Part shown: piece after piece, positions 29,734-41,252 of the stretch
Position numbering within the stretch: the first letter of the stretch is position 1
Layout: each line of letters starts with the position of its first letter
Assembly: GCA_964614095.1 (NCBI GenBank)
Contig: CAZTJO010000001.1
Coordinates: forward strand, 68,574-132,573
Length of the DNA: 64,000 nt
Origin: an uncultured Acidimicrobiia bacterium
GTDB lineage: Bacteria; Actinomycetota; Acidimicrobiia; Spongiisociales; UBA11373
Reading direction: 5' to 3'
Notes under the pieces: model-generated
The model's database searches: none
What the model was told of the DNA's origin: nothing
The model's input: only the letters and a program-made list of their open reading frames with translations
Made by a program: the position numbers and the translations under genes

Positions 29734-31248
29734 CTACCCCTCCTCCGTCGATTCCCGATATGCATCGATGGCCGCCCTAAACGCCTTGGCCTCGGGCATC
29801 TCGCCGGTATCGGCTATTTGCGTCAGCAGATCTGGGTGTCTGGACCGCATCCACTCACGCAGGCCCAACTCGAACCGTGCCACGTCGTCGGCAGCCACAC
29901 CGTCCATAAAGCCGTTGGTCACCGCATAGATGACAAGCACCTGCTCGGCCACCGGAACGGGCTCGTACTGAGCCTGCTTGAGCACCTCGACCACCCGGCG
30001 GCCCCGCTCCAGCTGAGCCTGGCTGACGGCGTCGAGCTCCGACCCGAACTCGGCAAAGGCCTCGAGCTCCCGGTACTGGGCCAGATTCAGGCGCAGCGGG
30101 CCGGTGACCTGTTTCATCGCCTTCACCTGGGCGGCGCCGCCGACGCGAGACACCGAGATGCCGGCATTCATGGCGGGGCGCACCCCTGAGTAAAAGAGAT
30201 CGGTCTCCAGGTAGATCTGGCCGTCGGTGATGGAGATGGCATTGGTTGGGATATAGGCCGAGATGTCGTTGGCCTTGGTCTCCACCACCGGCAACCCGGT
30301 GAGAGAACCGCCACCCAGCTCGTCGCTGAGCTTGGCGCAGCGCTCGAGCAGGCGGCTGTGCAGATAGAACACGTCTCCCGGATAGGCCTCACGCCCCGGA
30401 GGACGGCGCAGCAGCAGGGAGATCTCCCGGTAGGCCACCGCCTGCTTGGACAGATCATCAAAAATGACGAGAGCGTGCTCGCCGTTGTACATCCAGTGCT
30501 GGCCGATGGCCGAGCCGGCATACGGGGCGTACATCTGCAGAGCCGGCGAGGACGATGCCGGAGCATTAACCACCACCGTGTATTCCATGGCCCCATTCCC
30601 CTCGAGCATTTCCACGATCCCGGCAACGGTCGAGGCCTTTTGGCCGGTGGCGACGTAGATGCACTTCACGCCGCTGTCTCGCTGATTGAGCATGGTGTCG
30701 ATGAGGATCGCCGTCTTTCCGGTCTGCCTGTCACCGATCATCAGCTCCCGCTGGCCCCGGCCGATAGGGGTAAGGGCATCGATGGCCTTGATGCCGGTCT
30801 GCAGCGGCTCGTGGACCGGCTGCCGCTCCACCACCGAAGGTGCCTGTGTCTCCAGCAGACGAAACTCCCTGCTGTCTATCGGCCCCTTGCCGTCGAGTGG
30901 GTTGCCGAGCGGGTCGATGACCCGCCCCAAAAGCGCATCGCCGACCGGCACCGAGAGCAACCTGCCGGTCTGCTTCACCGGGTCTCCCTCCTGGACATGG
31001 CTCGCCTCGCCGAGGATGACGGCACCAATGGAATCCTCATCGAGGTTCAGGGCAACTCCCAACAGACCCCCGGGGAACTCGAGCAGCTCGCTTGCCATGG
31101 TGCCGGGCAGTCCAGATACCCGGGCCACCCCGTCGCCGATGGTGGTGACGTAGCCGACGGTCTCGGCGGCCAGTTTGGGCGACCACCCTTCGAGGTGTTT
31201 GCGCAGGGCGGCGCTGATCTCCTCGGGGTTGATGCTGAAATCAGCCAT
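29734..31248 (-). CDS. atpA: F1 ATP synthase alpha subunit
   Basis: [11 protein letters not shown]-loop and alpha-specific regions. Start at the ATG at 31248 with GGGGG upstream. Confidence 0.95.
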   Translation of the reverse strand: MADFSINPEEISAALRKHLEGWSPKLAAETVGYVTTIGDGVARVSGLPGTMASELLEFPGGLLGVALNLDEDSIGAVILGEASHVQEGDPVKQTGRLLSVPVGDALLGRVIDPLGNPLDGKGPIDSREFRLLETQAPSVVERQPVHEPLQTGIKAIDALTPIGRGQRELMIGDRQTGKTAILIDTMLNQRDSGVKCIYVATGQKASTVAGIVEMLEGNGAMEYTVVVNAPASSSPALQMYAPYAGSAIGQHWMYNGEHALVIFDDLSKQAVAYREISLLLRRPPGREAYPGDVFYLHSRLLERCAKLSDELGGGSLTGLPVVETKANDISAYIPTNAISITDGQIYLETDLFYSGVRPAMNAGISVSRVGGAAQVKAMKQVTGPLRLNLAQYRELEAFAEFGSELDAVSQAQLERGRRVVEVLKQAQYEPVPVAEQVLVIYAVTNGFMDGVAADDVARFELGLREWMRSRHPDLLTQIADTGEMPEAKAFRAAIDAYRESTEEG

Positions 31249-31783
31249 CTGCACCCCCGGCAAGGGAATCGCGCAGCTGCCCGAATCGGTGGCGCAGCGA
31301 TCCATCGATGACCACGTCCCCGACTCGAGCGACGATACCGCCGATGACAGAAGGGTCCACCACCGTCTTCACTTCGATGTCCTTGCCGGTGGCCCTGCCG
31401 AGCGATTCCTCGAGCCGAGCCACCGTTGCGGAATCGAGGCTTTGGGCGCAGCGGACCTCGGCAACCACACGGTTCTCCTCGGCAGCGGCCGACTCAGCGA
31501 GGCGGTCGGCGATTGCGGACAGGTCTGTGGCCCGGCCCGTCGCCACGATCAGGTCGACCAGAGCGGCGGTGAGCGCCGAAGCCTTCCCCGACACGAGCTC
31601 TCCTATCACGCCCCGCTTCCTCTCGAGGGGAACCCGAATATCGCTCAGGGTCCGGCGCAGCTCGGCCGAGCCTTCAAAGGCGTGGCCAATGGCATAGAGC
31701 TCGTCGACAACCACGCCGAGCAACCCCTCGGCACGGGCCAATGCGAGCACGGCGGCCGCATATCCATCGATGCGAGCGGTCAC
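31241..31783 (-). CDS. atpH: F1 ATP synthase delta subunit (OSCP)
   Basis: 180 aa, delta/OSCP-like. Position between atpF and atpA. Confidence 0.8.
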   Translation of the reverse strand: MTARIDGYAAAVLALARAEGLLGVVVDELYAIGHAFEGSAELRRTLSDIRVPLERKRGVIGELVSGKASALTAALVDLIVATGRATDLSAIADRLAESAAAEENRVVAEVRCAQSLDSATVARLEESLGRATGKDIEVKTVVDPSVIGGIVARVGDVVIDGSLRHRFGQLRDSLAGGADG

Positions 31784-32340
31784 TCGCCCATCTCCGTCAC
31801 CTCTTCAATGAAACGATCCACCAGATCTTGTTGCGCGTGCTCGTCGAGAGCCTCGGCAACAACCTTCTGCGCCAGCTCGAGGGAGAGTGATGCCACCTGA
31901 TCCCGCACCTCAGCTCCGGCACGGTCCTTCTCGGCGGTTGCCTCCTCCCGGGCACGGCGGGTGATCTCCCCGGCCTCCCGGCGGGCCCGTTCCACCAGCT
32001 CGGACCGCACCGATTCCGCCGATCGGCGCGCCTCCTCGACGATGTCTCCCGCTTCCTTGCGGGCATCGCCAAGCTGCTTCCGGTAGCCCTCGAGCAGCTT
32101 CGCGGCCTCGGCCTTGGCCTGCTCCGCCTCGGTGAGGCGGCCGCTGATGGTCTCCTGCCGGTGGGCGATCATCCGGCTGATGTGGGGACGAACCCACACC
32201 CAGATGACAACAAAGACGATCAGGAAGGCGATGATTCCGGCAACAAGCTCCTCGATATCGGGAATGATCAGCTTGGCTCCGTCCGCCTCCTCGACGGTCT
32301 CCTGGGCCAGGGACGGCAGCTGTGCAAGCAGGCTCAGCAT
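31780..32340 (-). CDS. atpF: Fo ATP synthase subunit b
   Basis: N-terminal transmembrane helix then long charged helix (EAEQAKAEAAKLLEGYRKQL...). Start at the ATG at 32340; the upstream track extension is rejected. Confidence 0.8.
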   Translation of the reverse strand: MLSLLAQLPSLAQETVEEADGAKLIIPDIEELVAGIIAFLIVFVVIWVWVRPHISRMIAHRQETISGRLTEAEQAKAEAAKLLEGYRKQLGDARKEAGDIVEEARRSAESVRSELVERARREAGEITRRAREEATAEKDRAGAEVRDQVASLSLELAQKVVAEALDEHAQQDLVDRFIEEVTEMGE

Positions 32341-32344
32341 GGCT

Positions 32345-33374
<1,030 letters not shown>

Positions 33375-33387
<13 letters not shown>

Positions 33388-33776
33388 TCCAGCTCCCTCT
33401 CGGCGCCCCTGGCCACGGCGACCGTCTCCCAGGCCAGGAGCACCACATAGGCGGCGACCACAGCGACGCCAAGGGCGAGACGATCGACATCAAAGATCCA
33501 GGTCACGGCGAACATGGTGAGGGCAACAAGCCCCAGGCGCAGGAAGAACCCGAAGAGGGCGGCCGCCTGATAGAAACCCAGCGAGACGCGCGCCGCCGCC
33601 GAGAGCATGGCTCCAAACAACAGGTAATGGCCGGCGACGATGGCAATCCCGATGACGGCCGCCAGCGCCCCGGGCCAGCCTCGCGTTGCCCCCAAGACGC
33701 CGATCAGCACCGGCCCCACAATCGAGGAGCGTCGTGCCGTATGGGCAGCGAGCACAGACTCAACTTCTTTGGTCAT
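33375..33776 (-). CDS. atpI: ATP synthase protein I-like small membrane protein
   Basis: 133-aa hydrophobic protein immediately upstream of atpB. Start at the ATG at 33776. Confidence 0.55.
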
Positions 33777-33987
33777 GCGCCCTCTCTGCGTATCGCCACA
33801 TCCTCCAGAAGCCCGTTGCCGAGCCGGCGATGATACCCAGAGCGACCAGTAAGGGCTCGGTCCCCAACAGGTGATCGCCCAACAGACCCAACAGGAGCCC
33901 GGAGAGGATGGAGGCGAAGAACCCGGCCGTCTCAGAGCCGGCACCTACGGACGCGCCGATATCGCGGTATACGGACGATCGGCTCAT
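33760..33987 (-). CDS. AtpZ-like putative F0F1-ATPase subunit (small membrane protein)
   Basis: 75 aa from the ATG at 33987 (MSRSSVYRDIGASVGAGSE...LLGLLGDHLLGTEP), resembling the actinobacterial AtpZ/PF09527 family at the head of atp operons. Confidence 0.5.
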   Translation of the reverse strand: MSRSSVYRDIGASVGAGSETAGFFASILSGLLLGLLGDHLLGTEPLLVALGIIAGSATGFWRMWRYAERAHDQRS

Positions 33988-34059
33988 GGGATACGGCCTC
34001 TCCGCCTCTGGCAACCGGAAACCGAATCTACCGGTGCCACTTGGCGCACACCAAACCAC

Positions 34060-35331
34060 TCACACATGGCCCGGGAAATCGCGGGGATACGGGGGAAACG
34101 CGGCAACAAGCTCCTGCACCTCCTTGGCCACCACTTTGAGGACGCCGGCATCCTCACGCCCCCGGAGCGCCCGTGCCAGGAGATTGGCAACGGTACGGAT
34201 CTCGGCCTCACCCATGCCGCACGTCGTGGCCGCCGGAGTGCCGATACGAAGGCCACTGGCGTGGAACGGGGGACGCGGATCGAATGGCACCGTGTTGAAA
34301 TTGAGGGTGATACCGATCGAATCCAGCAGCCGCGCCGCCTCACGCCCGCTGAGATCCTCATCCACCGATCGCAGATCAACCAGGAACAGGTGGTTGTCGG
34401 TGCCGCCGCTGACGACCCGCACCTCCTCGGCCGCCATCTGATCGGCCATGGCGGCGGCATTGGCCACCACTTGGTGGGCGTAAACGCCGAACTCCGGAGT
34501 CGAGGCCTCGTGGAAACACACCGCCTTGGCTGCGATGTGGTTGTTGAGGGGCCCGCCCTGCGCATTCGGGAAGATGCCCCGGTCGATCACCTTGGCGAAG
34601 GATTCCCTACAAAGGATAAAACCGCCGCGCGGCCCACGCAGCGCTTTGTGGGTCGTCGCGGTCACGATGTGGGCATGCGACACCGGATTGGGGTGGGCGC
34701 CACCGGCGATTAGCCCGATGATGTGGGCGGCATCAACGACAAGTGTGGCCCCGACCTCGTCGGCGATCTCGCGGAAGGCAGCCCAATCCAGCAGCCGCGA
34801 GTACGCCGTGTACCCGGCAACGATCAGCTTCGGTTTCTCCTGCAGAGCAACCCGCCTGACCTCATCCATGTCGACCCGCTCGCTGTCCGGATCGACCCCG
34901 TAAGCGACAAACTCGAAGAGGATGCCCGAGAAATTCACCGGGGATCCATGGGTGAGGTGACCCCCCTGATCCAGCCGCATGCCGAGCACCTTGTCACCCG
35001 GCTCGAGCAACGCAAAGTACATGCCCATGTTGGCCTGGGCCCCGCTGTGAGCCTGCACGTTGGCGTGCTCTGCACCGAACAGCGCCTTTGCCCTCTCCCT
35101 GGCCAGGTTCTCCATCTCATCGACGACGGCACAGCCCTCGTAGTAGCGGCGGCCGGGGAGACCCTCCGAGTACTTATTGGTGAACACGGATCCGCTCGCC
35201 TGCATGACGGCGCGTGACACGAAGTTCTCCGAGGCGATGAGCTGCACGTGGGTGCGCTCCCGCTCGACGTCCTTTGCCACAAGGGCGGCCATCTCGGGAT
35301 CAACCTGGGACAAAGAGCGCATGTCGGTCAT
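34060..35331 (-). CDS. glyA: Serine hydroxymethyltransferase
   Basis: ASENFVSRAVMQASGSVFTNKYSEG..., PLP-Lys region TTHKALRGPRGG. AGGAGG Shine-Dalgarno 10 nt upstream of the ATG at 35331. Confidence 0.95.
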   Translation of the reverse strand: MTDMRSLSQVDPEMAALVAKDVERERTHVQLIASENFVSRAVMQASGSVFTNKYSEGLPGRRYYEGCAVVDEMENLARERAKALFGAEHANVQAHSGAQANMGMYFALLEPGDKVLGMRLDQGGHLTHGSPVNFSGILFEFVAYGVDPDSERVDMDEVRRVALQEKPKLIVAGYTAYSRLLDWAAFREIADEVGATLVVDAAHIIGLIAGGAHPNPVSHAHIVTATTHKALRGPRGGFILCRESFAKVIDRGIFPNAQGGPLNNHIAAKAVCFHEASTPEFGVYAHQVVANAAAMADQMAAEEVRVVSGGTDNHLFLVDLRSVDEDLSGREAARLLDSIGITLNFNTVPFDPRPPFHASGLRIGTPAATTCGMGEAEIRTVANLLARALRGREDAGVLKVVAKEVQELVAAFPPYPRDFPGHV

Positions 35332-35447
35332 GACTTGCCGTTCCTCCTGGAGGGTTGGCCCAGCGTAGCGCGCCGCTCTCCCGGCCCGGCCACCATAAAG
35401 GTGGAGACCACAACGCCGAGCGAGGCCCGGCAACGCTCTCTACTCGA

Positions 35448-36023
35448 TCAACCTGCCGACCAGGCGACCGGCCCCGGGCGCAGCACCCGGGCGATGGGAC
35501 CGGTGAGGTCAACAACCGTGGATGGGGCCCACCCCGACCCGCCTCCGGCCAAGTACACGGCGATCTCGTCACCGAGGGTCGCCCGGGCCCCGGCATCGTC
35601 GACCGCCGGCTCGCCACCACTTCGATTGGCGCTCGTCACGGCCAGCGGCCCGGCGGTGGCAAGCAGCGACAGCGCCACCGCGTGATCGGGAACCCGCACC
35701 CCTATGGAGCCCCGCTCGAGATCACCCAGCCAAGAGGGAAGACCCGGCGCCCGGGGGAGCACCAGCGTAAGCGGGCCCGGCCAGTACCGCTCCGCCGCCT
35801 CGTACGCCCGTTCATCGAATCGGGCCACGCCGGCTACAGCCTTGGCATCGGCGGCCAGGATGGGGAGCGGACGGTCCTCGGGCCGCCCCTTGAGGCAAAA
35901 GAGACCATCGACGGCCTCTGCGGAGAAGGGATCGGCGGCAATGCCGTAGACCGTCTCGGTGGGAACACCGACGAGGAGTCCGGAGGAGAGGGCGTCGAGG
36001 GCAGCTTGCAGTTCAGGGTTCAT
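35448..36023 (-). CDS. tsaC: L-threonylcarbamoyladenylate synthase (TsaC/YrdC/Sua5 family)
   Basis: VGVPTETVYGIAADP, LCLKGRPEDRPLPIL, PGPLTLVL, VTSANRSG motifs. Start at the ATG at 36023. Confidence 0.8.
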   Translation of the reverse strand: MNPELQAALDALSSGLLVGVPTETVYGIAADPFSAEAVDGLFCLKGRPEDRPLPILAADAKAVAGVARFDERAYEAAERYWPGPLTLVLPRAPGLPSWLGDLERGSIGVRVPDHAVALSLLATAGPLAVTSANRSGGEPAVDDAGARATLGDEIAVYLAGGGSGWAPSTVVDLTGPIARVLRPGPVAWSAG

Positions 36024-36134
36024 CGGTGATCCTCCAAGAATGCAGAATGCACTGGGCAGAATGCGCCTCCGACATGCGGCAGCCTGCTGCATCCCATATT
36101 CCGTATCCTCCGCTCGGGGATCTGCCCACAACCG

Positions 36135-36899
36135 TCACGCGCTCCTCCGCGCCACCAGAATCCGCTCCTTGCCCGCCAGGTCCTTTTGCACCTCACGCTG
36201 ATAGGCGCCGAAGAGATCGAGCACGGCACCACCCTGCTGCTCTCCAATCTCACACACCAGCCACCCCCCGACCGCAAGCCAGGGGTGCGCCTCTTCGGCA
36301 ATTCGGGCCAGCATTTCGGTGCCGTCGGGACCGGCGACGAGAGCCTGCACGGGCTCGTGATCACGGATCTCAAGGGGGAGCCGTTCGAACTCGGCCTCGG
36401 ACACGTACGGGGGATTGCACACCACCAGCTCAACGTGTCCTTGCAGATCGCCTGGCAGCGGATCAAACAGATCACCGTGCAAAAACTCGACCTGGAGGCC
36501 GCCGGCTGCGGCGTTCTCCCTTGCCAGCGCCAATGCCTCTTCGCTGGCGTCCGTGCCGTACACCGAGGCGGATGGGAAGGTGTGCTTGAGCGCCAGCGCC
36601 AGCACCCCCGAGCCGCTCCCGAGGTCGACAATCGGCGTTCCGACTCCCGCCTGCTGCAGGACGGATACTGCCGTCTCCCAGACCTGTTCGGTCTCGGGAC
36701 GGGGGATGAGCGCCCTCGCATCTACGTGTATCTCGATCGGGCCAAACGCGACTGTCCCTTCGAGATACTGGAGTGGCTCTCCGGCCAGCCTCCGCGCCAC
36801 CATCTCCCCCAGGCGTCGCTGCTCCTCTTCGCCCAGCCGTCGATCTAGGGCCAGCCGGGCCCGAGGCCGGCCGGTCACCGCCTGCATCAGACGCTCCAT
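36135..36899 (-). CDS. prmC: Release factor glutamine N5-methyltransferase (PrmC/HemK)
   Basis: DLGSGSGVLALAL SAM motif and NPPY substrate motif. Start ambiguous (ATG at 36899 or GTG at 36920). Confidence 0.8.
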   Translation of the reverse strand: MERLMQAVTGRPRARLALDRRLGEEEQRRLGEMVARRLAGEPLQYLEGTVAFGPIEIHVDARALIPRPETEQVWETAVSVLQQAGVGTPIVDLGSGSGVLALALKHTFPSASVYGTDASEEALALARENAAAGGLQVEFLHGDLFDPLPGDLQGHVELVVCNPPYVSEAEFERLPLEIRDHEPVQALVAGPDGTEMLARIAEEAHPWLAVGGWLVCEIGEQQGGAVLDLFGAYQREVQKDLAGKERILVARRSA

Positions 36900-36986
36900 C
36901 TCGTGGCGAGGAATCGGCACCCGATCATGTTCGCAGAGACCGGAGAGAATGAATCGCTAGCGTGGGCAACCAAGACGGGAGGACCC

Positions 36987-38918
36987 ATGGTGAACACCGC
37001 ACCCTTCGGCTCGTGGGAGTCGCCGATCACCACAGATCTGGTCGCCAGCAGCGGCGTCCGGTTCGATGACAGCATCGAGGTCGAAGCCGACGATGTGTAT
37101 TGGGTGGAAAGCCGTCCCCAAGAGGAGGGCCGCAGCGTCGTCGTTCGCCTCCGTTCCGGCGAAACCACACCCGAGGACGTGACTCCGCCCGGGTTCGACG
37201 CTCGCAGCCGGGTGCACGAGTACGGCGGCGGGGCTTACGCCGTCGACAACGGCGAGACCTTCTTCATCAACTTCGCCGACCAGCGCATCTACCGCCAGCG
37301 CCCCGGAGAGGAACCGCGGCCAATCACACCAGAACCCGCAATCGCCGCCGGCGACCGCTACGCCGACTTGTGTTTTGGCAACGGTGTCGTCGTCTGCGTG
37401 CGGGAGCGCCACAGGGCCGATGCAGAACCCTCAAACGAGCTCGTGCTCCTGCCGCGTGATGGCTCGGCCGCGCCTGAGGTCATCACCTCCGGCCACGACT
37501 TTTTTGCATCACCGACTCTCTCCCCCGACGGCCGCACCCTCGCCTGGCTCACCTGGGATCACCCCAACATGCCCTGGAACGGCACCCACCTGTGGATCGC
37601 CGCAATGAGGGCCGACGGCAGTATCGCCGAGCCCAAACTCGTCGCCGGCGGCGCAGAAGAGTCCGTGTTCCAGCCGGAATGGTCGCCCGACGGGAAGCTG
37701 TACTTCGCTTCGGACCGCACCGGATGGTGGAACCTCTACCGCTACGGCGAAGGGCCGACGGTGCCGGTTGCGCCCACCGAGGCCGACGCCGGGCTGCCTC
37801 AGTGGACGTTCCGCCGACGCTGCTTCGCCTTCACCGGTGACGGATCGCTCGCCGTCGCCTACCGCTCGGCGGCGGGAGCCCGCCTGGCCATACACCATCC
37901 CGACGGCACCAGCGCCGATTTGCCATCCCCGGGTTCATCACTGGCGCACACATTCGCCGCGGCTGGTGAGAACGTGTACGTCATCGCCGGGGCACCCGAC
38001 CAAATACCTGCCCTGACCCGAATTCACGCCGGCAGCGGCAAGATCGAGGTGCTCCACACCCCGGCGCACGCCGAGATCGACTCTGCCTTCTTTTCAACTC
38101 CCGAGCACATCGTCTTCAGCACTCCCGACGCCAGCGCCCATGCCTACTACTACCCACCAACAAACCCGGGATACACCGGCCCCAAAGACGAACTCCCTCC
38201 TCTTGTCGTGTTCAATCATGGAGGGCCCACCTCGGCAACGACCCTCGCCCTGTCCCTCTACATGCAGTTCTGGACGAGCCGCGGCCTCGGTGTTGTCGAT
38301 GTCGACTATGGAGGGTCAACCGGCTACGGGCGCTCTTACTGGGAACGGCTCCATCTCCGCTGGGGCATCGTCGATATCCGCGACTGCGAGCTGGCGGCCC
38401 GACACCTGGTCGACACCGGCCGGGCCGATCCCAAGCGTCTCGCTATTCGGGGAGGCAGCGCCGGCGGTTACACCACACTCGGTGCATTGGCGTTCACCGA
38501 CACCTTTGCTGCCGGAGCCAGCTACTTCGGTGTCGCCGATCCGGCGCTGCTGGCCCGCGATACTCACAAGTTCGAGTCGCGCTACCTGGACTGGCTCATC
38601 GGCCCCTACCCGGAACAGGAGGATCTCTACCGGGATCGCTCCCCCCTGCATCACGCCGACGGAATTAGCTGCCCGGTCATTCTCCTCCAGGGGCTGGACG
38701 ACCGTGTCGTGCCGCCGGAGCAAGCAGAGATCATGGCAGACACGCTGCGCGGCAACGGCGTTCCGGTGGCTTACATCACCTTTGAGGGAGAGGGCCACGG
38801 CTTCCGCAAGGCAGAGAACTGGATTCGAGCCCTGGAGGCCGAGTTCTCTTTCTACGCCCAGGTGTTTGGATTCGAGCCAGCCGGCGACATCGAGCCGGTG
38901 GAGGTGGAAGGGCTCTAA
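36987..38918 (+). CDS. S9 family serine peptidase (prolyl oligopeptidase / acylaminoacyl-peptidase-like)
   Basis: N-terminal beta-propeller region and C-terminal alpha/beta hydrolase with GGSAGGY nucleophile elbow, plus D and H of the catalytic triad (LLQGLDDRVV, GEGHGF). GGGAGG Shine-Dalgarno 4 nt upstream of the ATG at 36987. Confidence 0.8.
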   Translation: MVNTAPFGSWESPITTDLVASSGVRFDDSIEVEADDVYWVESRPQEEGRSVVVRLRSGETTPEDVTPPGFDARSRVHEYGGGAYAVDNGETFFINFADQRIYRQRPGEEPRPITPEPAIAAGDRYADLCFGNGVVVCVRERHRADAEPSNELVLLPRDGSAAPEVITSGHDFFASPTLSPDGRTLAWLTWDHPNMPWNGTHLWIAAMRADGSIAEPKLVAGGAEESVFQPEWSPDGKLYFASDRTGWWNLYRYGEGPTVPVAPTEADAGLPQWTFRRRCFAFTGDGSLAVAYRSAAGARLAIHHPDGTSADLPSPGSSLAHTFAAAGENVYVIAGAPDQIPALTRIHAGSGKIEVLHTPAHAEIDSAFFSTPEHIVFSTPDASAHAYYYPPTNPGYTGPKDELPPLVVFNHGGPTSATTLALSLYMQFWTSRGLGVVDVDYGGSTGYGRSYWERLHLRWGIVDIRDCELAARHLVDTGRADPKRLAIRGGSAGGYTTLGALAFTDTFAAGASYFGVADPALLARDTHKFESRYLDWLIGPYPEQEDLYRDRSPLHHADGISCPVILLQGLDDRVVPPEQAEIMADTLRGNGVPVAYITFEGEGHGFRKAENWIRALEAEFSFYAQVFGFEPAGDIEPVEVEGL

Positions 38919-38921
38919 CGC

Positions 38922-39995
38922 TCAACCGCTGAGACGGCGGGCCTCATCGTCGACGGTCAGCGCATCGACCAGATTGTCCAGGTCCCCGTCGAGGATCTCG
39001 GGCAACCGCTTGATGGTGAGGCCGATGCGGTGATCGGTGACCCGATTCTCCTTGAAGTTGTAGGTACGGATCTTCTCGGCGCGCTCGCCGCTCCCCACCT
39101 GGGAACGGCGGTTCTCCGCCACCTCGGCCATCTGGCGCTCCAGCTCCAGTTGGTACAGACGAGCCCTCAGCACCCGCATTGCCTTCAGCTTGTTCTGCAG
39201 CTGGCTCTTCTCGTCCTGGCAGGTGACCACCAGCCCGGTGGGGCGGTGAGTGATACGGACCGCCGAGTCGGTGGTATTGACCGATTGCCCGCCGGGGCCG
39301 GTGGAGCGGAAGACATCCACATCGATGTCGTGGTCGTTGATCTCGATCTCCACATCCTTGGCTTCGGGAAGCACGGCCACGGTGGCGATCGACGTGTGCA
39401 CCCGCCCCTGGGACTCCGTCTTGGGCACCCGCTGTACCCGATGCGACCCCGCCTCAAACTTGAGACGCGAGTACGCCCCCTTGCCCTTCACGGCAAAAGT
39501 GACCTCCTTGAATCCACCCACCTCCGAAATGGACGAAGAGATGGACTCGATCTCCCAGCTGCGGCGTTCGGCATACCGTTCATACATGCGGAACAGGTCG
39601 CCAGCCCATATGGCGGCCTCGTCGCCGCCCGCAGCCGCCCGAACCTCAACGATCACGTCCTTGTCGTCGTTGGGATCCCGGGGAACCAGCATCAGACGAA
39701 GCCGGTGCTCAAGCTCCTTCGCATCGGCGGCCCGCTCGGCGGCAAGTGCCTCCAACTCCTCTCTGACTGCCGGGTCGCTCTCCTCGGAGGCGAGCTCGGC
39801 TGCGTCCTCAGATTCCTTCTCCGCCTCCCGGCAGGCGGCAAAAGCAGCCACTACCGGCCTCATCTCGGCGTGGTGCCTGGCAATCTCGGTGTACCTCGCC
39901 TGGTCTTCGAGTGCGGCGGGGTCCGCCAGCTGCTCCTCGGCCTCGGCCAGCGCCAATTCGACCTCCTCGAGCCGAGCCAGCATCTGCGCATCCAT
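38922..39995 (-). CDS. prfA: Peptide chain release factor 1
   Basis: [12 protein letters not shown]-like [20 protein letters not shown] motif ([17 protein letters not shown]). Confidence 0.95.
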   Translation of the reverse strand: MDAQMLARLEEVELALAEAEEQLADPAALEDQARYTEIARHHAEMRPVVAAFAACREAEKESEDAAELASEESDPAVREELEALAAERAADAKELEHRLRLMLVPRDPNDDKDVIVEVRAAAGGDEAAIWAGDLFRMYERYAERRSWEIESISSSISEVGGFKEVTFAVKGKGAYSRLKFEAGSHRVQRVPKTESQGRVHTSIATVAVLPEAKDVEIEINDHDIDVDVFRSTGPGGQSVNTTDSAVRITHRPTGLVVTCQDEKSQLQNKLKAMRVLRARLYQLELERQMAEVAENRRSQVGSGERAEKIRTYNFKENRVTDHRIGLTIKRLPEILDGDLDNLVDALTVDDEARRLSG

Positions 39996-40924
39996 CAGTG
40001 GTACTCCGCCTCGAGAGCAGCAGCCGCCACCGGGCCCCGCTGGGCCACATCCTTGCGCTCCTCCTCATTGAGGGCGGCGAGCAGAGCGGTCACGGCGACC
40101 TCTATCTGATCGTCCGAAGGCGAGCGGGTGGTCAACCGTTGCAGCCACATCCCGGGACGTGACGCCAAATGCATCCAGCGCCTATCGGCTGCCGCTTTCA
40201 GCACCTCATAGGCCAGCCCGGCGATGATCGGGATCCCGAGAATCCGGCTGGTGATGAGCCAGGGCCACGCCGGCCGGCCGAGCATGGTGAACAGAATCAG
40301 AGCGATGAGCACGACGAGGAGCAGAAAGTTGGTGCCACAGCGCGGGTGCCTCGGGCTGTAGACCTCGATGGCATCAACGGTTAGCGGATCGCCGGCCTCG
40401 TAGGCGTGGATCGTCTGATGCTCGGCACCGTGGAACTCGAACACCCTGCGGATCTCGGCGGAGCGGCCGATGGCCCAGATGTATCCGACAAAGATGGCAA
40501 TGCGGACGAGGCCGTCGACAACGTTGAAGAGGATCGAGGATTCGCCGAGGAGCTTCTCGGCGCCCTTGGCGACGAGAAGCGGCAGGACCATGAAGATGGC
40601 GACGAGAAGCACAAGCGCCATTACGAGAGAAAACGCCATCTGCCGACGTGTGATCTCCTCGCCATCCTCCATACCTGCCTTGCCAGCCGACCACGACAGG
40701 GCGCGAAGACCAAGATTCAGCGACTCGGCGAGAACGAGCACGCCGCGCACAAACGGCACCTTGGCCCAACGGGAACGAGCCGAAAGACGGGGCAGCTCAT
40801 GCGAGACCGCCTCGATTACGCCGTCGGGTCGCCGCACCGCCACCGACCACCTACTGGGGGCGCGCATCATCACACCCTCAATTACGGCTTGCCCGCCGAC
40901 GGTCGCGCCCGGGGGGCGGCTCAC
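39995..40924 (-). CDS. DUF1385 family membrane-associated protein
   Basis: [13 protein letters not shown]-terminal signature, HGAEH...CGTNF motif, internal transmembrane segments. Conserved prfA-rpmE neighbourhood. Confidence 0.6.
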   Translation of the reverse strand: MSRPPGATVGGQAVIEGVMMRAPSRWSVAVRRPDGVIEAVSHELPRLSARSRWAKVPFVRGVLVLAESLNLGLRALSWSAGKAGMEDGEEITRRQMAFSLVMALVLLVAIFMVLPLLVAKGAEKLLGESSILFNVVDGLVRIAIFVGYIWAIGRSAEIRRVFEFHGAEHQTIHAYEAGDPLTVDAIEVYSPRHPRCGTNFLLLVVLIALILFTMLGRPAWPWLITSRILGIPIIAGLAYEVLKAAADRRWMHLASRPGMWLQRLTTRSPSDDQIEVAVTALLAALNEEERKDVAQRGPVAAAALEAEYH

Positions 40925-41227
40925 CTATGCCTCCGTGTTGGAGTCGGCCTCGGCTGCTCCTTCGTCGCCCTCGCGAGTGAACGACGTCCGCCCGTAGCGG
41001 CGGCGGAATCGCTCCACCCGACCTCCGGAGTCGACGAGGATCTGCTTCCCGGTGTAGAACGGATGACTGGCACTCGATATCTCGACACGCGCCATCGGGT
41101 AGGTGTTGCCGTCCTCCCAGTCGATGGTCTCGTCGGTCTCGATGGTGGATCGGGTCAGGAACTTGAAGTCCGACGCCGTATCGACAAACACGACTTCCCG
41201 GTACTCAGGATGGATGCCCTTTTTCAC
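40925..41227 (-). CDS. rpmE: 50S ribosomal protein L31
   Basis: [17 protein letters not shown]31 signature from the GTG at 41227 (GAGGAG Shine-Dalgarno upstream). C-terminal extension present. Upstream track extension rejected. Confidence 0.8.
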   Translation of the reverse strand: MKKGIHPEYREVVFVDTASDFKFLTRSTIETDETIDWEDGNTYPMARVEISSASHPFYTGKQILVDSGGRVERFRRRYGRTSFTREGDEGAAEADSNTEA

Positions 41228-41252
41228 ACAATCTCCTCTGCGGCCCGTGATC

